The notes under the pieces were generated by a model. It was not told the DNA's origin. It did not search any database and was given only the letters and a program-made list of their open reading frames with translations. From Harriotta raleighana (taxonomy: Eukaryota): DNA of 64,000 bases. The position numbers and the translations under genes were made by a program. The stretch covers positions 4,252,293 to 4,316,292 of the forward strand of contig JBNZDD010013666.1 of the NCBI GenBank assembly GCA_050575255.1, in the 5' to 3' direction. Shown here one piece after another: positions 12,351 to 22,635 of the stretch. Numbering within the stretch: the first letter of the stretch is position 1; every line of letters starts with the position of its first letter.

Positions 12351-13907
12351 ATATATCTATATCTCTATTTATCTACCTATGCTTTGCAGAGCTGTTGCGT
12401 GGGGTCCATCCAACAAAAACAAGTAGCAGACAATGCCATTTTAGCCTTGTAGAAAAAAATTGTGTTCGCTGTCATCCACTCACCACATCAGCCAAAAAAT
12501 GTAATTAAACTTTAGTGTACAGTGGAAATTGAGTGTATATTCTCAACCAAAACTAGGTACGTAAAAAATCTCAGTGCATTGAAGCCATAGGTGATTCCTA
12601 GCCACATCACCTGCGTTCTGAATTCTGTACCAGCTACTCGTTGGCAGTGTTACTATAATAATCAATCGATTTGTTATAGCCTCGGGATGCCTCAAAGTGC
12701 TTCATAGGATTTTACTCTGAAGTGTAGTGATTGTGTATTGGTAGGCAAACATCTAAAGCTGACTACTGGGGTGATGTGTGTATCTTTTCCTTTCAATCAG
12801 TCTCCGCTCATTCATACTTTAATCTTCCTGCTGAGAAGTGTATTCTGTTCAGAACTCTCTCTCTCTCCGGTTGAAGTTATGAAGTTTTGTTCCATGTGAA
12901 GCAAAGTCATTGTTCGAACCATCATCCCACAATGATGTGTGTCATTTAGAGTGCAGGTCCTAAACAAACATAACATCTGTCTTTATCTAGCAGTTGTGCG
13001 GATGAAGATACGTGTATACCTTCATAACATTTCCAATTATACTAGACATTAAACTACACTCTCCCTTTGAAGGTATGAGTGGAGGACAAATATCAATACC
13101 TTGCAAAGGCAAAATGCTGCTTAAAGAGATCAGTCAAATCCCAAATCTTTTCCTTATCCTCGTTTCCAATATCTTTTAAAGCTGCTTTTTTTATTTAACA
13201 CAGTGTGCTCTTCAAACAAAAGGAAAAGAAAAAAAATCCATTCATTCACCCCAAAATCACATTGGTTCATCTGTAGCTAGGGCTATCATCTTTAAATGAT
13301 TCATTGCGGTTTAAAGAAAGTGGCTGAGAACAGTAACTAACAGGCTGCTTTACAGATAGCCGGGCTATTGACAACATGTTGTGGATGAAACTATAGTAAC
13401 TGTGGAAATGAGCAAGGAGATAAGAAAGTAACGATGGCATCAGAAAAACGTTTGAAGCTGTGCTTTCATACCAGCTTTGTAATGTGACTTCAAAGCTCGG
13501 AGGGAGGGGGAGGGAGGGTGTTCTGCATGAGCAAGTCCCCACTCACTGCAAACTACCGACTGAGGAAATCTTTGGTTGTTATTTCGGCCTGAGCAGATGG
13601 GACTAAGTAGATTAGGTAGCGATAGGTCAGAGGCGGCCAGTTGTTCCCTTCTGTTCAGTTCCATTTAGGGATTTTGGGTCGATTGGCATCATGTGTCATT
13701 CCTCTAGTGATATCGCTCGGGTATTGATCCAGTCTAGACAAGAGCTGGAGGCATCGCACTGAGCGCGTGCTGCACCATGCATAATGTGATTGAAAGGCAG
13801 TTAGAATGCCACTGACCTTTTCAGGGAGGATTAGATTGCCTGCCAAGTCTGTTTAAACCAAGTGATAACGCGAGGTAAGGAAAACTGTCCGGACAACTTC
13901 AGAGTGG

Positions 13908-13938
13908 GAGAGAGAGAGAGAGAAAGAGAGAGAGAGAT
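13908..13938 (+). repeat. (GA)n microsatellite
   Basis: Seen directly. Confidence 0.9.
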
Positions 13939-14139
13939 ATACAGAGACGGGTTAGGGAAGAATGTTGTGCAGAGCTCTGCTGTGCTGTGCTTGCTGAAAT
14001 AGTCACTGTAAATAAAATATACGATTGAAGATGAGAGAAATTTGAGAGGAAACAATTGAGATCTTGTTTTTCGGAAAACTGGAAAGACTTTCACAATTTG
14101 CTTAAATTTGACCAGTATTGTATTTTTTAATATTCACAA

Positions 14140-14268
14140 TATTGCCCAAATTTCACCCACAAAATATATAGCCAGTTTAGTTTAGAATGTGTTCCGTGAA
14201 GCACTTTTTTGAGATATCTTGAAGATGTGATAAGGCAGCTATATCAAATGGAAGGATTATTATTGTTA
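14140..14268 (+). mobile_element. SINE 3' fragment
   Basis: Tail region. Confidence 0.75.
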
Positions 14269-15003
14269 TCATAAGATTGAAAACCAACTCTGGGTTAGCA
14301 AAATAATTTGATCAATTTCCTAACAAATTCAGGTGAAATTAACGTTTTTTTCATTAAAAAAATTCAGTGAAAGCAGCTGTGTTGCTTTGCTTCCCTTTCT
14401 GACATCCTTATATAGTTTATTAACAAAGGCCATAAAGTAAACCGATTACAGTATTAGTAAAAACGGTTTCCTTCCTGACTTGACAGCATGAGGTTTTGTT
14501 TTTAAAAAAATACACAGATTTTACGAGTTCTGTGTGTGGTTCAGGGTTTCAGTTCCTGATGTTGCCCAATGCTCAATCTGCTAGTTCCTTATATATAGAA
14601 GTGGCTTTTTATCCTGGGTCATAAGTGTTTGGGGGGAGAGGGAAGAGGGAAAAACCAAAACAGCATTAAAAAACCTAGTTAATGCAAGGTGAAGCAACTC
14701 TGTGAAAAGTTTTAGTATACCTGTTTTTTTTCTTTTTATTCTATGCAGAATTTGCTGGTTTTCAAATGTGGTTTGAGTCAGACTAGTTACCTAGTCAGAA
14801 TTGAGTGCTTAACCAGTGATGCAACTGAGATTTAGGAAAATAATCGTACAATACTTCTAATAATAATACAAAAAAATCCTTGTCCTATGAAGATTAAAAA
14901 GTTCAAACAGTGAAAAAGAACAAAAAAAAACAGTGATTTGGTCCATGTCTCTTGTTACAGTGTCCACAGTTGAATTGGATAACAGCTTCTAGAAGCATAT
15001 GTT

Positions 15004-15240
15004 TAATAATAATGATAATCCATGCATTTGATAAGACGTGTAGCGTCTTCTCACATCTTCGAGATATCTCAAAGCTCTTCACAGAATTATACTGTAAAGC
15101 TAATTGACCGTATACTTGGCGGACGAAACGTGGCAGTCAATTATTTTCCTAAATCACAGCAGCGTTTCCACAAACAATGGTGGATTGAGTGACCAAATGA
15201 TTATTTTTAAAAAATATATATTTTTTGAAGGGATTATTAT
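15004..15240 (-). mobile_element. Diverged SINE, 5'-truncated
   Basis: Reverse-complement body and tail. Confidence 0.8.
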
Positions 15241-16022
15241 CCCCATCTTCTCTCAATATTGGAAGAATGCTCTGTGAGAGCAGCTAAACATAAACTGTAT
15301 TAGGGGATGTTTGGCAAAGCCATAATAGAGTAATTGATCCCTATATTTGTACTTCTGAGGTTCACTTTGAGTTGAGTTTTAGCTGCAGAATTAAGAGACT
15401 AAGAACTGAATTAGACATATATGCGATGTGCATGTTACATTGGCATATTCCATCCTTCCTGCCCTCACCCACCCCTTTCCAATGTTGCCTTGATGAGAGT
15501 ACTGGACTCAAACAGACAGACTTATATTACATTTCACAGATATCAAATTTGAACTGAAATGAAGTTGTAATGAGAGTTGAAAGGTTACATTGAATTGAAT
15601 CTCCAGTTTGTACTTTTGGACAGGTTTACATTCAAGTTACATTTAATCTACTTGTCCAAGTCATAATGGCCAAATGGTTATAAGTGACATGACTGTGATC
15701 TTCGTAGTACATTAAGGCTGTACAATTATTTAAGCCGTATGTATTCGGCGATGATAAAACAGCGTGGTGACCTGCGGAACGCTGAATAGTTTAAATTCTG
15801 AATTAGTTCAGGTGTTTCTGAGTTTGTGATTTTCTGAAGTCCAGGGTAATTTCAGAATTTTTGTTTGAGGCTTAATGCAAAATTTTTCTGGAGATGCAGT
15901 AAATTTGGACAGTGCTCGATGGAACAAAGTGCACGTGAAGTATGCGTGGATGTACATTATGAAATACTATAAATATTATATACAGTGCATGGAAATATAT
16001 AAACAGAACCAAAGTGCAGGGT

Positions 16023-16735
16023 AACAACAATGACAATTTGCATTTGTAAAGCGCCCTCCCTCCACGCCCGGCGGCGTCTCAGAGCGTTTCTTAACGGTGG
16101 AGCCCGAGGCCGAGCCAGGGGGAGGGGAGGGGAGAAGGTGATCGTAAGTGTGGTCGATCGGTCGATGAGAAAGATCTTCAGGCGCGACCTGATGATGGGA
16201 AAGGAGGGGGTGAGATGAAGGGGTTGAGGGAGGGAGTTCCAAATTTCAGGGCCTAGTGGCTGAAAGCTTGGCTGCCTATCGCGGAGCAGAGGATTAGGGG
16301 GACAAGAAGGAGGCCAGACCCAGTAGAGTGGAGGCAGCAGGTACTACTTTGAGGAGAGAGGAGGTTAGAAAGGTGAGTGGGGTGCAGAGGAGTGGAGGGA
16401 TTTAAATACAAGAGTGAGAGGATCTAGAAGTTGATCCGCTTTGTGAGAGGGAACCAGTGCAGTTTGTGGAGGACTGGGGTAATCGGGATATGAAATTTGG
16501 TGCGGGTGAGAATGTGGGCGGCGAGTTTTAGATGAGCTGAATTTTGTGGATGGTGGAGGATGGGAGACCGGCGAGGAGAGCGTTAGATTAGTCCAGCCAA
16601 GAGGTGACAAAGGCACAGACCAGGCTTTGGGCAGCTTTTAAGGTGAGGAATTGCCGGAGACGGGCGATGCGGGGGAGATGGACGAGAGCGGGGCTGGTGA
16701 GGGAACAGGATGTGAGGGGAGGAAGGATCAGGCAA
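16023..16735 (-). mobile_element. L2-clade LINE, 5'-truncated and frameshifted
   Basis: Minus-strand translations include LTLVFKSLHSSAP and GPEIWNSLPQPL, typical of the L2 ORF2 C-terminus; (TTG)n-like tail at 16023. Confidence 0.85.
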
Positions 16736-17299
16736 TGCGTTTTGAAAATTCTTAAATTCTGCATTCATTTGAAGCTGTTACCATGGGTTAAAAACATCCC
16801 AATTGAGATTGTGCAGAATTTTGTGGGGAAAATTCCGTCATTCAATCTTCCATTGGAAAGCGATCGTCTCGAAGCTAAGACTGTGAGTATTTGCAGCCTC
16901 ATGAGCCGCTCTGCGAGCTCGGTGCTTGAGAGAATAATGAATGCCTAAAAATCATTCCAAGGAATCCGTTTGTTTTCTGCAATGATCCATGCTGATCACA
17001 TGATAAGGCTTTATTACCTTTTGGTGTCACTTTTGTTTTGCCAACACGGCAATTGATGTGAGATGATATCTGCGCGGCAGAGTTAAGGACTGTGATTTAA
17101 TCCCTACATGTTTCGAGTGAGCTGATTACTAGGACGTAATTCAGTCTGCAGTTGTACTTTGTTTAAAATAGATTATTAATATTATCGACCGCGCTTTCCA
17201 TTTTAAGGAGCGTAAGCCTCCGGTTTTGAAATTGAGTCTCTTAATTTTTTTTTGCCTCCACCGTGGTATCGTTCTCCACGGTTCGATCACCACAGTTCA

Positions 17300-17535
17300 T
17301 TGTCTCTGGAACTCCATCCCGCAATCCCTCCGCCTCTCTCACCCTCTCCCTGACCTCCTTCAAGTCCCTCCTCAAAACCCTCCTCTTCGACAGTCCCATC
17401 GGTCACCCCCCAAATCTCCCTTCCCTTCACTCTCCCCGTCCCCTGACCTCAGCTTGGGTCTGAAACACTGACTGTCCAGCGCCTTGGCACATCCTCCTGA
17501 CGTGAAAGGCGCTACGCAAGTGTCATGTTGTTGTC
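17300..17535 (+). mobile_element. L2-clade LINE 3' fragment, followed directly by a SINE tail (17535-17628)
   Basis: LWNSIPQSLRL...SFKSLLKTLLFD, the L2 ORF2 end motif. Confidence 0.85.
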
Positions 17536-19238
17536 AATTTGCTTTAAAGTATATTCTGTGAAGCGCTTTCGAGACGTTGATAAAATGTGAAAAGCGCTAT
17601 ATCAAATGCAAGGATTATTATTATTATTTACAAGTAAACCAGCCCCACAGTCTGTCCACATGTTCTTCCATCAAACTTTCTCCCTTTTTGCGGTCGGTCA
17701 CCTTGACTTATCCTTCGAGCCTCTTTTGTGGACTACCTTGAGAGTGATTGGCATGTTGTAGGTAGTTCTGAACCAAAACGCATCTGCGTGCGCCTGCCTA
17801 GACATGCACACACACGCACGCACACACCATACACCACANTTCTGAACCAAAACGCATCTGCGTGCGCCTGCCTAGACATGNACACACACGCACGCACACA
17901 CCATACACCACACACACACACACACACCAGTGTGCACCTATTGAGCAGCATCTTACGGGGGCTAAATGTATTTGACACACAGCAACTTCTCGCCTTCCAC
18001 ACCGGATAATTGCATTGTCAACTATTCAGCAAAGTGGCAGGTGACATGTGAGGCAATTGACTAGCCCGGTTGTTCTGTGCAGGACTGTCAGCTGTCCAAT
18101 CAATAGAGTTTACAGAAGACACCCTGATTGCATCTGTAACTAATTTAACTTTGAAACCCCCCCCCAGCTCTCCCCCGTTGCACAAAGTTGCAATTCTATT
18201 CAGGATGTACGCTGAGTGGCAGGTAGAAAAATCAATGACAGCTTTCTGCGGTCGTGCAGTCGTGGGCTTTTGCTGTGCATGGTTAACTAGCCGCCTTGAC
18301 TTCAAATCAATGAACTGATCAATTGATTAAATTAACAGTGATTTTCCTTTGGTTTAGCAGCCAGGGGCTCATTGTAAAGTGACATTATTGGTTGTGTTGT
18401 GTTTTGGGGTAACTCACATTTATAAAATTTAAGGCTTATTAACAGCTCAGCACTGGGAAATTCCACTTTTCCCTCTCACATGTAATGTTAATTATTTGGG
18501 CAGAGGCCACAGCCTACTGGGAGTTGGGATATATATCTGTGAAAGGACTGGATTGGGTTACAGGCTTTCGTTAGGCCTCAGCGTTCTTTCTCACCAGTTC
18601 AGACTCTGGTTAAATAGACCTGATAGCTAGAGCATGATTGATGGGGAAGTTTGTCTCCAGTAGTGTCAGAGACTTATAGAGGTGTCAGTCAAGATTGGGG
18701 CCTGAATTACTTGTCACATTCTGTGAAAGAATGTCGAAGGGACAAGGAACTGCCGCATTACTTTATTTTTCTCCGCTAAATGACGCGTGTCTTAGTTGTT
18801 TGCTGTTTTTAAGTTGCTGAAGGTTAAAATCAACAGGTTCAAACAAGCTGTGCTTTTTTTCTAAAAGAAAATTGTATCTGAAGACATTTTAATTGAATTA
18901 GATGCCTGAAGAATATGTGGGGAGAGCGGGGGAAATATGCTCATGTTGCCAAGTTTGAAGCAAAGGCTCCCTCCTAGATAAATAAGCAAACAGTGAGTGG
19001 GGGGAAAAAAAATCTTCATTCCAATCAAGGTAAAAATTTAACTGTATGTTTGGTGTTCTGATCAATTGATTGAATCATTTCTGAATTGGTTCCTGTTCAA
19101 TGAAACCCATCAAAATTCTAGGAAATTTGAAGGCAAATAAAAGCCACTGGTGAATTCTCCAAACCGTTCACCACACTCTCCCATAAACATCTTGCCAGTC
19201 ATCTTCCGATGTTTATGTGCATGTTGGCTATATTGGTA

Positions 19239-19400
19239 CAGTAAAACCCTATTTATCCGGCACCCACGGGACCTGGCCAGTGGAGGTTAAACGTTTTTTC
19301 CGGTTGAACAGATTTTTAAAAAGTATATATTTTTTAAATTAAAAATTATTTTAACACACACCACATTAATAATAGACCAAATAATAACCTGTTTAGACCT
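19239..19400 (+). mobile_element. Left end of a Tc1/mariner-superfamily (Tigger/pogo-like) MITE
   Basis: TA|cagtaaaaccctatttatccggcacccacggg, homologous to 26631 onward; no right TIR seen. Confidence 0.8.
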
Positions 19401-19902
19401 AATGGCCAACACACACACAGACACACATAGATACACACACAGACCCTCAAAGATATTCAGTCTGAATCCATCAGAAAATTCTGTCCACAATCCTCACCCG
19501 TCCCCCACCCTTTCATCTCTCCCCCCTCTTCTCTCTCTCTGCATCAACCTGCCTGTCATTACTCTCTCTCTCTCTCTTGCTCCATTATGCTTTCTCCCAT
19601 CTCAGCCTCAGAGAGAGTTTTATTGTCTTACTGCAATGTGCTAAACAGACTTATAAATATCAAATTTATGTTTGCACTGTAAACCAGATTTAAGGTACAT
19701 TGAATAATCTACATTAAGGTCCAACTTTGTTTTACGCTATACAGACACACGCACACTCATAAACACACACCACATGTAACTTAGATTAGAAACTCTTTTA
19801 CAACATGGTTATGATTTCCGTTATGATGTAGAGTGTTCATCACCATCCACATACTGTGTCCTTATTCCTTCATGGCATTGTATGTTGTATTTTTACACAC
19901 AG

Positions 19903-19999
19903 GATCCGGTTTCGTTACCTGTAGCAGTAAAGAGAATCATGACAGTGACGCAGATCTGGACGTGGATGGAGATGATACACTTGAATATGGGAAGCCACA
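19903..19999 (+). CDS. RNF220: RNF220 coding exon upstream of the U12-type intron
   Basis: cacag|GA TCC GGT...; (G)SGFVTCSSKENHDSDADLDVDGDDTLEYGKP(Q); ends CCA CA|GCATCCTT; 97 nt. Confidence 0.96.
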
Positions 20000-20137
20000 G
20001 CATCCTTATTTGACGGCTGTTTGTTTATTCCTGTTTTGGGGGGCTTTTACATTTGTGGTTTTTTAGGCTTGAGCTAAAAAAAAGGTTATTCCTTTACTCT
20101 CTACTTTTTCATCCTATAAATAGGATGTCCATATTTC

Positions 20138-20277
20138 GGAGCTCCTGTAGCTCAGTGGTTAGAGCACTCGCCTTACAAGCGCGAGACCTGTGTTTGAATC
20201 CGGGCAGATCAGGGTGAAACCTTGGGCAACTTTCCTTATTCCACACACACGCCTAATAATAATCCCTCCAAAAAAAC
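20138..20277 (+). mobile_element. SINE 5' half inside the U12 intron
   Basis: tRNA head with A/B boxes. Confidence 0.88.
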
Positions 20278-20342
20278 TGCTTTATAGCGTGTTAAGTACT
20301 TTACTCTGATTCACCTGAGCATGGTAAGGAGAGAGCTCCTTC

Positions 20343-20520
20343 AATAATAATAATCCTTGCATTTGATATAGACCTTTTTACGTCTCCTAGATATCTCAAA
20401 GCGCTTTACAGAATATACTGTAAAGTGAATTGACTGTATATTTTGGGTGAAACGCAGCAGCCATTTGTGCACAGAAGCGTCCCCCACAAACAGTTGTGGA
20501 TTGCAAAGACCAATTTTTGG
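20343..20520 (-). mobile_element. SINE 3' half inside the U12 intron
   Basis: Reverse-complement tail and central domain. Confidence 0.88.
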
Positions 20521-20687
20521 TCATTTTGTTTGAACAATATGTATTTTGTTTGAACAATATGAAAAATAAATGGGGGTGGGGGAGATTCCTTTATGATTGT
20601 GTTAGTGTAGTCAGGTAGAATCTACGATAAAGGTTGGAGTACATTTTCTTTTGTAGTTTCCCTATTTCCTTAACTCACCATAACCAG

Positions 20688-20774
20688 ATACACAGAGGCA
20701 GACATTATACCTTGTACTGGTGAGGAACCAGGTGAAGCCAAAGAAAGGGAGGCGCTACGTGGTGCAGTTCTAAA
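20688..20774 (+). CDS. RNF220: RNF220 coding exon
   Basis: accag|A TAC ACA GAG...; YTEADIIPCTGEEPGEAKEREALRGAVL(N); donor AA|GTAAGT; 87 nt. Confidence 0.97.
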
Positions 20775-20970
20775 GTAAGTAGCAGTGTATCAACGCAATA
20801 GAGGATTTCAGATTGTTTCTCTACTACAAAAACCGTCTCATTTCATCCTTTAAAAGCGCTTTGGGACGTCCTCCTGTCGTGAAAGGCACTATATAAGTGT
20901 AATTTTGTTGTTTAAAAAGATTTTTTTTTTTTTGGTGGGATGAGGGTTTAAAAACGCTACCCGTTTAACT

Positions 20971-21128
20971 ATCAAATTTTCCCATCTTATTTTTCCATGC
21001 TTTTGAGAATTTTTTCTTCTTGATTTAAAAAAAAGAAGGAATTTTCCTCATCTGACTTCCATTTCTTTTTTTTTGGGTGCGGGGGGTGGGGAAATGCCTT
21101 CGACAAGTAAAGGAGAGAGCAGTAAACT
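20971..21128 (+). pseudogene. Degenerate duplicate of the intron end plus 5' half of exon 22225-22306 (pseudo-exon)
   Basis: Aligns by eye to 22103-22261, including gaaatgcc(t/c)tcgacaagtaa(a/c)ggagagagcagtaaact. The acceptor AG is replaced by a G-run. Confidence 0.85.
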
Positions 21129-21562
21129 CGTCTCTGTCGGGACACTAGTTGAAATGAATTTGGGATCAACCCAGTTCTTTAATAGGTTTAAGTCTGAGTG
21201 TAAAGTGTTCAGTAATTTACCACTAAATTGCCACTAATTTGCCAGCCTTGCGCCGAGAGGCAGTGGTCTAGACGGCTCGTGCAAGAAATTGGCAATGTCA
21301 TATTGTTTGAGGTTTGAACGTTTTGAGTTCAAGGAGAAGGAAAAGGCTGGGGTGAAGTCCTTTCATTGTAAATTAATGATACAAATGAATGATTTAAATT
21401 TTTTTTAGAATGTTACACGTTTTAATTTTATTTAGCTAGTTTGTGGACTGTTTAATCACTTCCTCTGAACATTGAATTTTCCACAGCCCGACCATAGGCC
21501 CCAGAAAACGGTGGTAGGTTTAACAGTGATGACATTAACTAAGATGTATGGTCTCTTTGCAG

Positions 21563-21618
21563 TGGTGGAACTCCAAGCAATCGAATAACGCCAGAGTTTT
21601 CCAAATGGGCCAACGATG
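21563..21618 (+). CDS. RNF220: RNF220 coding exon
   Basis: ttgcag|T GGT GGA...; GGTPSNRITPEFSKWAND(E); donor G|GTAGGT; 56 nt. Confidence 0.96.
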
Positions 21619-22224
21619 GTAGGTAGTCAAAAAAGCTGACAAAGATCCTCATAATGTGAAAGGCGCCATACAAGTGGCATTTTATTTGTTTGTTTGTTAA
21701 AGCCAGTTTATAGAAGGAAGGAATTGCCTTTGTTCTTCTGATTTGCCCATTTTAATACAATGTTGGTGATTAACACTGAGGTGATCTAACTGACTGGTAA
21801 AGGCCAAATGGACGGAGATGGCTGTTGTGAATTGTATTGATATGAATGTTGCCTCTGTTTCCTTCTCTTTCCTTATCATCTCGTAGACTGGTCTCTGAAT
21901 AAAGGCCTAAATATTGTGGGAGAGGGAATGGAATTAAAATCCTTTCTCACCCCTTACACCTAAGTTAACGTCAAAGCCATACATACCAGTGGAATAAAAT
22001 TCTCTTCTGATCTCTGCTCGCTTTGAGTTCAAAGTGAAATACATTTCAAGTTGTTTGGGGGATTTGGGATCATACTAATTCCGAACACCCCATCATCTTT
22101 GCATCAAATTTGCCCATCTGATTTCTCCACGCTTTTGAGAATTTTTTCCTCTTGATTTAAAAAAAAATGAAGGAATTTTGTTGATGGATCCATCTCCTCA
22201 TCTGATTTCCATTTTTTTTCTTAG

Positions 22225-22306
22225 AAATGCCCTCGACAAGTAACGGAGAGAGCAGTAAACTAGAGGTGCAGACACAGAAGACGTGTAAAAACAGCGAGAT
22301 TGAAAA
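22225..22306 (+). CDS. RNF220: RNF220 coding exon
   Basis: ttcttag|AA ATG CCC...; MPSTSNGESSKLEVQTQKTCKNSEIE(K); donor AA|GTAAGT; 82 nt. Confidence 0.96.
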
Positions 22307-22414
22307 GTAAGTGTTGGAGTGTTGACAGAACAGATCAGTCTATTTCTGCTCTGACCAACTTACAGAACAGTTTGTGCTTCTGTTCTCTACAGCAACAGGT
22401 TGCCTGGTACCGGT

Positions 22415-22635
22415 AATAATAATCAGTCCACAAAAAAACCACAATAGTAAAAATTGGTCATTTCAATCAACGACTGTTTGTGGGACGCTGCTGTGCGCAA
22501 CTGGCTGCCGAGTTTCACCCACAAATATACAGTTAATTCACTTTATGGTATATTCTGTGAAGCGCTTTGAGATGTTGATAAGATGCGAAAAGCCGCTATA
22601 CCAAATAGAAGGATGATTATTATTATTATTATTAT
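22415..22635 (+). mobile_element. SINE, 5'-truncated
   Basis: Body and tail. Confidence 0.88.

Larger units (their letters stand above)
20000..20687 (+). other. U12-type (minor spliceosome) intron with GC-AG termini
   Basis: The 5' end is GCATCCTT (U12 consensus RTATCCTT). The branch site TTCCTTAAC is at 20666-20674, 13 nt before the end of the terminal AG, with no polypyrimidine tract between. This junction restores KPQ|YTEAD. Confidence 0.9.

Noticed and set aside
17769-17910. Tandem duplication of about 70 bp
   Set aside because: Near-identical copies joined at single Ns (17839, 17881); likely an unmerged contig overlap.
20522-20561. Two tandem copies of a 20-bp unit
   Set aside because: Simple local slippage duplication with no spacers; not CRISPR-like.
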